Shown in pieces: positions 20,843-30,785 of a stretch of DNA of 32,321 nt. Both the position numbers and the translations under genes were made by a program. The DNA is from Perkinsus chesapeaki ATCC PRA-425 (Eukaryota; Protista; Perkinsozoa), in NCBI GenBank assembly GCA_013115145.1, contig JAAPAO010000405.1, forward strand, positions 1 to 32,321. The letters run 5' to 3'. Below the pieces are notes generated by a model. It was not told the DNA's origin and ran no database searches. It saw nothing but the letters and a program-made list of their open reading frames with translations. Within the stretch, counting starts at the first letter, position 1. Each line of letters starts with the position of its first letter.

Positions 20843-21661
20843 CTTTTTCGATGAGGCGTACTGTCTGAGTCATCGTCTCCTGTTGAGTGTTTTCTCATCA
20901 GTTCTGTAGCTGCCAATTGTTGTGTTTGTCAAGGAGATAGATGAAGCATGGTTCACTGAGACGAAGAGACTTTCTCGCGCAGATTGAGGGCTCATAATAT
21001 AAGGTATTGACTTTAGCCGAGGAACGGTGCTACTAGCAAGTCTATGAAAGGCTTTCAACGACGTACTGACCACCAGTTAAGAACTTGTGGAGAACTGAGG
21101 GGCAATAGTAACTGGAAGAGTGGTATACAAATGGTCCTTGTAGAGTCCATTCCTATTGTTTATGGCAGTGAATAAGAGGGATGATGGGCGACGCAAATAC
21201 AAGTGATTGTTCTGAATAATATACATGAATTTCATAAAGGCCATTAAACACCAAACTTGAGCCAGACTGAATAAATGGTCAAGTCCGTATTACAGTTATC
21301 CTCAACAGACCGTGATGTAAATTCCCATCAATACAAAGTGAGCGTCAATGCGAGATTTACATAACTTACGTCGATAGAAGTTACAGAGCGTTAGAGAATA
21401 TCGCCCGAGGGGAGTGAGCAAAAAACCAATGGTCCGAAGACGCAGTTGAAGCCATCTTCATGGAACGCAGTAAGTTGAATACGCCACAACTGTATGCATG
21501 CTCCATAATAGCTTGTAACTGTACTTCGATCATCCTTTCGACTGCAGCATGACACCGGTTACATTGTTAACCGTGAGCCGTGCGGATCAGAGGCATGTAG
21601 AATGTAGAGCTTCTCGAGTTGTAAAGGCCGGCGGGGTTATTTGACAACAGTCGCGTTCTCA

Positions 21662-24600
21662 ATGACACCATCTCTCCTACTGCTCCTCGCGGTGCTCTCC
21701 CCAGCGGCGATCTGGGCGTATCGTACCATCCACAGAGGTGCCATGTCGAATGCATTTATTCAAGTCTTAACTCCGTTTGGTAGGGACGCTTTGTGAATGC
21801 AACCATTTTAATAACTATTGGTTTAGCGTTGTCACCGCAATACAAAGGTAAGTCCAAGTTCCCGCGAGAAAGAGAGAAGTATCAGGTACGCTGAATTGGA
21901 GCGATCAGGTGGCCTCATGGACCCAATGATGCTGGCAGCCGTCGAGAACGATCTTCCCATCACATGCGAGGTAACCTCAGTGTCGTTAGATAGCATAGAA
22001 GGCTCTGCCTCAGCCAGGGGGGCCGACGACTCTTTATGACATGGAGATGGTGCCGATGAACGTGTCGACCCCAGTGGAGGTATCCAACCTATTACTGGTC
22101 TGTAATTGTCAAGTGGCCGTGGAATCATGCTGAGCAGGAGATCCTCGAGGCTGGCCGCACCGAATTCTGGCCTCTCGTATGGTTGAGCAAGTTCTGCGTG
22201 CCAGGACAGGTCCTACGCCTTTCTGCCGAGCCTGGTACCGGCGAACTATCAGGCAGCCTTAATGGCGTTGTGTTCGTGGAAGAGAGCCCTTCAAGGTGAC
22301 ATCGAAGGGGTTGCCAGCTACATGGTCGTGGGGGCAGAGCTGATGGAATACGGGTGAGTGTAGCGGGAGTCGCTGAAATATATTGGAAATCTCAGGCTCT
22401 CCTGTATGACCGATCACAACGGGGAGGACCTGCCGCTCAACGCCACTGTAGCATTTCTGCCGTTAATGGTGGAGCTTATTCCTGGTCAGGTCTTATCGGC
22501 ACTTCTTCGCGGCGAGCTGCCACTATCGTTACAAGATATAGTCATAGATCCCAGCAGGGACGAGAAGTACGCCAATACAGCTTATCGGTGAGAACGGAGG
22601 AGTCTCGAACGTGCAGCAAGTTCAGAGCGTGCATCCCTCTGCAAGTGAATCACCAGTGTTGGCCCTCGATCGCCTGGACGACCCATGACAGCTGTGAGAT
22701 GTACACTCCTGAGTGTGCCCACTTCCCTTACTATTAATAGAACATGTGTTCGATGAAGGTGCTGTGATCCCGATATCGAAGAGAAGGCTTCGGCTTGTGG
22801 TAAAAGCATGAGGAAGTGCTGCAACCTTCCGGAGGAGGCGGAGATCCACCAGCCGACTTGTGAGTGATCGGATGCGAGGCCGAAATCGGGAATCTGTGGG
22901 GTGCAGCGCCGATCCGTCTGCTGCACGATTCGCCACCGCCTTGGGATGAGTTCCAGCGGCTGCGCTCGAGTCTTCGGGATTGGAGGCGTGTTGGTTGTAT
23001 GTGGCCTCGGCTGGTGGAGATGTACTTGTCAAATGAAAGGGAGGATGAGAAGAAGAAAAAAGATGATGATGTGTGGACTAAAGCAAGAAATATAGGAATT
23101 CTATCGAGTGCGGTAAACTGCTAAAGTCGATATAATGTTTTGGATACCTCAGACAAAGAAGAAGCATTCGATGAAACATTCAAGAATTGGTGGGCATCGA
23201 GTTTTGGTGTGAAGGGGGAAATGACGGCATTTAGGTGGCAAAACTCCGAGGACCATCAGAGACTGTTCCCTCATGAAGACGTCTGGGCGATTAAGGGACC
23301 AGTCTGCTTCAACTTAGGTGGGTCGGTGCATTTGTTATAAGCTATCACGGTGCATTAGCGTGGTCGAGTTGATGAGCCTTTGTTCGTTTAGATACCGCCG
23401 AGTGGAGCACAGAGCTCGACATCGCTGATGGCATTGAAGTGGCTGAAGCCCTTCACGGTAATGTTGTCGATGAACACTCAGCCATGCTGCGTTCGTTGTT
23501 AGGCGTTTGTGGGGAAGGGATGCCCTTGAGGGAAGTGACAAGCTGTACATTGGATGGGGCATTGTTACCCGATAGAGAGGGGGTAAACTACACGCCTACG
23601 GAGAAGACACCGATGGATAGCTACTCACTGACACTGATGAGGGTAAACAAGGCTCCAAATCTACACCATCCGGGATACACGGTGCGTAGACACGACAGTC
23701 GCCACCACCATCAAACCAGACTATTCGTCGTCGTGGCCTGGCAGTTCTGATGGGGCAACTGAGCTGTGGGTCACTTGGCCAGTTGCTGATACCTACACTG
23801 GAGCTTTCAGCGAACATCTGGCACTTCTCTCAAGACTACACCTGGCTGTGGAAGCTTATTCAGCTCGGCGTTCTCAATGACAGTATTACGAATGCCTACA
23901 CGAAGGTTTGGCTCGTGGAGACAAAGTACGCATGAACACGCAGGGCGACGGTAGAACCAGTACTATTTTCATAGGTACGTCGGTCAGGCTGTTCCGGCAT
24001 GCTGCCCACTCGTTAGGTACGCTGCGGCGGAATGTGAAGTGGATGGCAAGAGATGTTGGCACTCTGATGGCGGGATACCCGGTCCGAAGGACCTATGGCA
24101 AATGATGGTTCACAAACTTGTACTTGTCGAGGAAGTGTTGGTCGATACTGCCCTATCCCCATAGGTGTTGTCATCAAACTTGGTGGCAAAAAGTGTCGAA
24201 TCCATTCACAGTTTCACCGACGGCAAAAGGCTGCTACGTGACGGTATAAAACATGTATGTTACGATGGCGCTGTGAGTGACGAGGCTTCGCCATGGTTCG
24301 GAGTAGTCTTCAGATTCAACCTTGGCGAGCATGGCCATCCGGTAAGCAGTATTACGACACCCTTCGTGAGACTGTTGTGGCCGCCTGTGGACTGCATGAT
24401 ACCGGCCTCACACGTACGGAAGCGTGAATACCATCGCCATTGCCAAGTCGGTTTAGGCAAAGTTGTTCTTCTCGAGCGGGGCTCACGTCATAGACGGTGG
24501 TCTGCCGAAACAGCAACCGAGATGACAGAGATGATCACCGACTGGGGTCGATTAAATGCTTTTACTGTGGGATGGGTACGCCCCGGTGGCCTTGACCCGT

Positions 24601-25434
24601 GCAACCAAGTAAAAGCTGCTCAGTTGTGCGAATCGCTCCTAGTTGCATTAGGTAGGGACCCTAGCGAACGCGGCTGTTATAATAGGCATCGGTGGAGCTG
24701 ACATGGCCAACCTGCTCTGGGCCCCTCGTGGTGCTATACTTATTGAAGTGAGTTCAATGGCGAACCGACTGGCGAATACCCGATAGTGTTAGGTTGATGC
24801 CGGCTGCTACCTTACCACCTCTGCATTATCAAGCAATGGCTCCGCGTATCGTTCTCATGTTTGTCGTAACGGCCAAAGCGGAGTGAGCCTATCGAGCAGG
24901 TGAAGCTCTTCAACGTGCCACCAGGTGCGGAAGCAACACTGTCATCCTTCCGCCCAGCCATTCCCATGGCGCGGCCCTGGTCTCGATTACAAAGGTGAAC
25001 ATTACAATAGAGCCAAGAGGATTTACGATGAAGCTGTTGCCGATGAACGATGCATAGACCCCGCCGAAGTGAGTGAACAGCCACTGCCGTGATGGGAGCA
25101 TTGTATCGGAGAGCCCGATAGAGACTTTAGAGATAAAATTCAAGATGAATTTTAGACACCCCCGCCCCAGAGCACCTTCTCGGCGGATGGTTACCGCGCA
25201 GAGTTCGCAAGGGTGAAGGGTCTTGCATACAGCGCAATACATAGGTAAGATATCAGTCCGCATTGGGCAGAGTTTTGGCTTAGGTGTGATTGCCACGAGC
25301 CGAGAGGGCATGATTACGACTGTTATCATAGTTGGCTTCAAGGTGAAATATCCATTGATGTGAAGGGCACTCTCATGCCTTTGTTGAACACATTGGTGCA
25401 CGACTATTTGCTGTATGCGTTCGATCTAGAATGA
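21662..25434 (+). CDS. Large multi-exon secretory-pathway glycosyltransferase, GT61 (DUF563/EOGT/POMGNT2-like) domain at the C-terminus
   Basis: Signal-like MTPSLLLLLAVLSPAAIWA at 21662; a phase-consistent path of about 20 exons can be built. GT61-type segments: SANIWHFSQDY, HVCYDGA, YYDTLRETVVAACGL, KVVLLERGSRHRRW, DPCNQVGTLANAAVIIGIGGADMANLLWAPRGAILIEV, FARVKGLAY, ISIDVKGTL; stop TGA 25432-25434. Some joins (22.6-23.8 kb) are less certain, so two genes are possible. Confidence 0.75.
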
Positions 25435-25733
25435 TGCTTCCTATGCGCTTCATGTTTTCGTTGAGGAGTTCGGGTTATACTCCATCACCACAATTTACAG
25501 CCTTCTACAAAAGCTGCTTAGCAAGGATGTAGTTAAGGCATCCTTTCTGCGAAAAGCATGCATGAAAGTAAGAATCTGTACAACTGACGGAACCCACTCC
25601 CACTGCACTCGGTTGACATTCAAACGCTATCGGTAAAGCAAGGAAAGAAAACGATGTTGGGAGTCTGTGCACATAAGCAGGTCGGCCAGCTACAATAGTC
25701 ATTGGCTATTTGTCAGAGCTCGGTGGTCAATGA

Positions 25734-28593
25734 TCACTAAATTAGTGACACCAATCATAAAGCGAATAGTAATGTTATCGCACGGGCTCAAACTCACGGA
25801 AAGAAAACCCGTCTACAAAGGCAAGGTGTTTGGGTACTATTTGACCGAGTGCTAGAAGCAAGTCTCCGACGTGACATATTTTCAACGTCTCCATGTGACC
25901 TTTTTGCAACACCATAGAAAAATTTCAACCCGAACACACAGTATTTGGAATCCATGCCTGTGGGATGATGTATAGTGCTAATAGGCTATCTCCGAGGCTC
26001 GGAGATAGCCTACTAGCACTATAGCTCGGAGTCTGAGCTTCAGAAGGATCAGTTCGTCAGGTAAAGCAGAGTTCGGTGGTCTCTGGATGGTCTCGCAGTC
26101 CGCTAATACAGAGGTGAAGGCCACGCTGATACTTTAGCGTTACGGGACAACTGTAGCGGGTCGACTAGATCATGAATTAAATGCGGGAACTCTCCGTCAT
26201 TGACTTGTGTAGGAAAAAGGCTAATCAGAGGGAGGTGGGGTAATACCACTGGGATTCATCTAACCTGTCCATCTTAGTTGAAAAGATGAACGACGGTCGT
26301 ATCTCAACCCGAACAAAGTAAAAGTGTGCTCTCTAGTAGCATAACGATACAGGCACGCAAAGTACTGTAAAAGCAAAGAATAATCGGGGAACTTGTTCAA
26401 TAATGGATATAGTCTCATTGAGGCTCAATGATTGTGCACAATCTGCTCAGGTGATTACGTATAAAGAGACACTACTTAATACAGCTAACATGGATCAAAA
26501 AGCTATCATCGTATGAGAGGAAGGCTCAACAAAAGTCCTTGTGCGCTCTCAGAACCACATCCCGGTTGAGAAAGCTTGAAGCGAGTATATTCACGCTCCG
26601 ATTGTACACGTAGTGATACAGGCTTCCATCGGCGTGAACGCCAAGGCGCCTGTTGGCCCTGTGAATGAAGTCAATGCACTCAGCATGGCTAGTGGGGTCT
26701 ATAACTAATGGGTAAAGTACAAGGTGACTGCTTGGAAATCAACATCACGTAAGATGCTGATTAGAATAGTGGGAGATTCAGCGAGCTCCGACATAGGTGT
26801 AGCTGATAGCACACACGACATGGACGGGCCGAAGAAAATACAGAGATACATACCACTTGGGCGCTAACCCTGCGAGGTTAGACTGTCCCTGTCACTATCT
26901 TCGACGAGCGCCCGATGGAGGGGAGGGTCCAACAGTCACGATAACTTATCTGGATCGGCCAGCCCTGACGCAAAGAAGCTCTAGCACTTGAGTGTGACTG
27001 TCATAAGTTGACACGCCTAGAACAGCCTCGATAGCATTGTCTGGCCTACACACCTTGCGTGCAGGAACGTGTCACAAGTTGTGAACGGTTCGTTGTGATT
27101 CACAACGTGTGTTCTGGGGAGCCTGTTGGATTAAACCTTCGCCATTCCCTCTATTGTGCGAGCCCAATCTGCGTAGAAAAACGGTGTTTGCGTAGACGTA
27201 GATTGGTGTGGAACTCAAGTGCAGTTAGTGCTCATGCTAACATTATAGCACAAATACGACCCTGGGCCGTTACGACCCGGTCGTAGTATTGGTATTCTGG
27301 CTCAACCTCCTTTGTTGTGTTATTCTTCAGAGTTCATCAACTGATACCGCGACACGTGCCTACATCTAGTGGCGCACAAAGCAGCCCTACATAGCGTAGT
27401 TGCATGTGTGACCGTAGGATACGTACACATGTGGGGGTTGATCAGCTTGTGGTAGGAGGTTCCTATATTCCGTCTGCTTGTACCAGTTCGTAGATGTGCG
27501 CCTGCTATATTGTATGTAAATCGATTCTGGTCGGCCACATGTAGCTACGAGTCTTTCCATTCCCCCCTGCTGTTGTTTTCTGTCACAGCCTGTGGCTCAC
27601 AGGCGTAGCGATTTTTGTAGAAACTAAGCGCGCACTCGTACAGTGTGGGTCGCTAAGAGACTCTCTTTAAGAGAGGATTCGGCGGAATCCTTTATTCGAG
27701 CTGTCGGTGGGAAGCTAGCTTCACATACGTTCCATTACTTGTCTCCGAGGTGACCTCGGACCCGAGGAGGCTCGGAGAGTGTGGTAAAATGTGGACTGCT
27801 TCCTTGGGTGGGCCCTTATTTGAAGCTTCCTCAGCCTAGCGATGAGACCAATATTCCTCAAGTGCTAGCTAACGCTTCTGATCCTTAGAGAAATTTCAAG
27901 GCCGATTCAAACCACCGGACCGGTGGCACCGGTATCGTGACGAGACTGACGTCCTTAGATTCTGAATATCTATTGTATATGTGAATCACATAATGTGACG
28001 TCTGAATCTCCTTTGGGTTCCCTAGCTTTGACTCAAAGCCTTTGATTTTCCTGGCGAGACGCAGCAAGCATGATAACCCTAAAGTCCCTCAGACTGAGGG
28101 CCTTAGCGGCCTGTGAATTTAAGAAACCCAAGATAAGCGTGTCGGAAAGAAGAGAGTTTGAGAGACTAGCAGTGGTAGTGCGGATTGGACCGTCACCTGG
28201 AAAAATAAATGGAGCTGATCTCGTCGACGTGATGCCGTTGACCCCCCCGGTGATGTCACGCACGCATGCTAAACGGTCAACAAATTTGCATAAAGCCTTT
28301 GGGATTGTGTTACCAGAGCCGGCCATCGTCTATCAATAGTATCAATCGGCTTATTGATCACGCCCCCGTCCACAAGCTTGCCCCGCACGTGTGCACATGG
28401 CACGGGGCTTGACGCTTGGGCAACCGCTACTGGAAACTTGCTGATGAGTTACTCATCAAAGATAACTTATGTCATGAGCCGTGCTGGCGTCACGCGCCGA
28501 GGCGCCAGCGCGGCGCACCACTCCAAGTTGAAGATTTCAACAGCTTCTTGAAGCCACCGGTGAAGGTTCTCTGTGGCTCAGCCACTGGCTGAG
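25734..28593. other. Island enriched in short perfect inverted repeats with a single central base
   Basis: 13 sites with arms of 7 bp or more: 25734-25748, 25982-26012, 26415-26431, 27091-27107, 27271-27285, 27661-27675, 27744-27760, 27912-27926, 27978-27992, 28025-28039, 28086-28100, 28442-28458, 28577-28593. No intact gene recognised. Confidence 0.85.
25971..26023. repeat. 53-bp near-perfect palindrome (26-bp arms, one mismatch, one central base)
   Basis: TATAGTGCTAATAGGCTATCTCCGAG-G-CTCGGAGATAGCCTACTAGCACTATA; only 25981/26013 is unpaired. Confidence 0.97.
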
Positions 28594-28845
28594 ATACACT
28601 TCTAGCTCCCCACAGGGGCGATACTCCGGCAGTTCTTCTCAGGGCAACCAGTATCTTTTCACTTAATGTACATCTATGGCGCTTACCATTGGGAACTGTC
28701 TGCTAGTGATACCTCTGACTCAATTGTCTACCTCGCAATATAATGCCAAACTACTTCTGCCTGACATACCTCGTTGTAGTTGCTGGACATACTACTTTCG
28801 AAGATGTTTTTGCAGGGTTGAAGATACTGAGCGGTACGGAGCGCA

Positions 28846-30404
28846 ATGCTGAGACTAGCGCTTGTAGGTTGGTCTGTAGGTGTGACGTATACAATTGAGG
28901 AAGAGAAGCAACATCTCGAGAGGTTCACATTCGATGTGAAGCAAGTGGAGCCTCTCGGGAAATTGTCTTCTGATGAGCTAGAGGAGCTGTTCGATCGGAG
29001 TATGCCGGCCCTCATGCAGAGCATAGCAGATGAGATTAACTCGCAGCAGAGCAGTTGGGTGGCTTCCGTAGATCAACCACATTTCCGCGGTAGTTTGGAT
29101 GCCCGTCTGCTTTTCTATCACCAGATTGAATTGCTAAATGGACCGGCTGACCGTCATCGTGTTTCAGGTCTATCTTGCGGAGATGTCATGGATCTTCACG
29201 GCGGGTTCATGGAAGCGAAGCCCTACAGCGCGGCGTTACCGGTGGCAAACCGCACATTGGCTCCAGTTGGTGACCTTCCACTTGATTTCGATGGTCGAAA
29301 AGAATTCAAAGAATGTACCAGCCTGATTGGCAGTGTTCCGTAAGTGATTCGTTACTAGTCGGAAACTGCGAGCCATGCCATTTCAACTCTTCAGAGATCA
29401 ATCCAATTGTGGTAGCTGTGCAGCAGTTTCCGTAGCTGCCGCATTCAGTGACCGTTTATGTATAAAAACCAAAGGAAAAGTGAAGAGGTTGTTATCCTCG
29501 GGTTACCTTATCGCTTGCTGCGACCCTGATACCGGATGCACTAGGTGAGCGCTCAAGGGTTAGATTTGCTCAGAATCTTCGCGCAGGGGCTCTGGCTGCC
29601 TAGGAGGGCAAACCTCCGAAATGTGGACATTTGTGCAAGAGTATGGATTCCCTACTGGTACGTTTAGGCCCTTCATGCTCCTATAGCCGGGAACCTAGCT
29701 CAAGTGCATGAATTCAGTGTCTCAGGTGGAGGCTATACACCTAAAGAGTCGATGAGTGAAGCCAGCGGCTGCTGGCCATACAATTTCCCGAAGTGCAATC
29801 ATAATGTTGGACTGGAGCCGCACCGCCTTATGGATTATCCGCCGTGTCCCAAAGTAGGTTGCGAGCATGATGCTTTCGTCTACTTTATTCTTCAGACTCC
29901 TGCCGAGCCGCCAGCTTGCTCGTCTACTTGCCCAAATGATAAGTACAAAAATGAGCTGGACGAGTAGGTTCATACCAGATTTTAGGGATGATGACTCTTC
30001 ATAATGGTTATTAGTGATCTACACTTTATTGATGATAAAGGGGCAGTTCGCATCCCTGATGTTGAGACAATGAAGCTCGAGCTAAGCCAATTCGGATCGG
30101 TGAGTGGTACAGTAAACCTCTCTGGCAGTCTTAGCATGAGGTTTGCCAGGTAACAGCTAATATGGAAGTATACGAGGACTTCCGATACTACAAGTCGGGT
30201 GTCTACACCCCCACACAGGGTAAACCCATCGGACCCCATTCAGTGAAGTTGATTGGTTGGGGAAAGAGAGGCAAGGATGAATATTGGCTTGCAGTGAACT
30301 CTTGGAATGAAGGATGGGGCGAATCTGGGCTATTTAGGATAGCCACGGGTAAGTGTAAAATAGAAGAAGATGTTGTTTATGGTGATCCTGAAGTTGATAC
30401 ATGA
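28846..30404 (+). CDS. Cathepsin B-like cysteine protease (papain family C1A)
   Basis: Signal peptide MLRLALVGWSVGVTYT; propeptide SIADEINSQQSSWVAS; DLPLDFDGR; DQSNCGSCAA (catalytic Cys 29417-29419); GCLGG; CWPYNFPKCNHN; YEDFRYYKSGVY; GPHSVKLIGWG (His); YWLAVNSWNEGWG (Asn). Several GT-AG introns; stop at 30404. Confidence 0.95.
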
Positions 30405-30785
30405 GACTCCTCCGATTTAACGGTTGAGTCAGCCCAAGTCTTTTGGACTTGTGGGAATCACTTTTGTTCTTTGTTAATATCACGAATAATAGCCGTTTAT
30501 CTGTAACCGTCGCCAACACGGCTGGCGTCTGTCATTTAATAAACTTTTTCATTTCTTCATGTATTTTGTGTTTCCAGTACATTAATGCCCACACTGCCCG
30601 TGTCTAATATTCGCCGTCGAGCCGCTAGTGCCCCATCAGCTGTGATAATCGAGGAGCCGACTGACGCCTCGCCCACGCCTGTGTTGTCGTTGGTCCGCCC
30701 GAATCACTTGCAACAAAACTCTGAATGATTCTCTCATGAAGCTGCTGCAGTTTATGAATAAGTAGAGAGTGAATTATTGAGTAAC

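Noticed and set aside
27279-27305. Possible spliced-leader relic (TCTGGCTCAA at about 27296-27305; also GGCTCAAG near 15820)
   Set aside because: Only 8-10 nt match the 3' end of the perkinsid/dinoflagellate SL, without the terminal G in the longer case, and no intronless retrogene follows; compatible with chance.
29965-29967. Apparent premature stop in cathepsin B (ELDE*)
   Set aside because: It lies in an intron (GA|GTAGGT..TTATTAG|T) whose removal gives ELDDDLHF, matching the DxHF motif.
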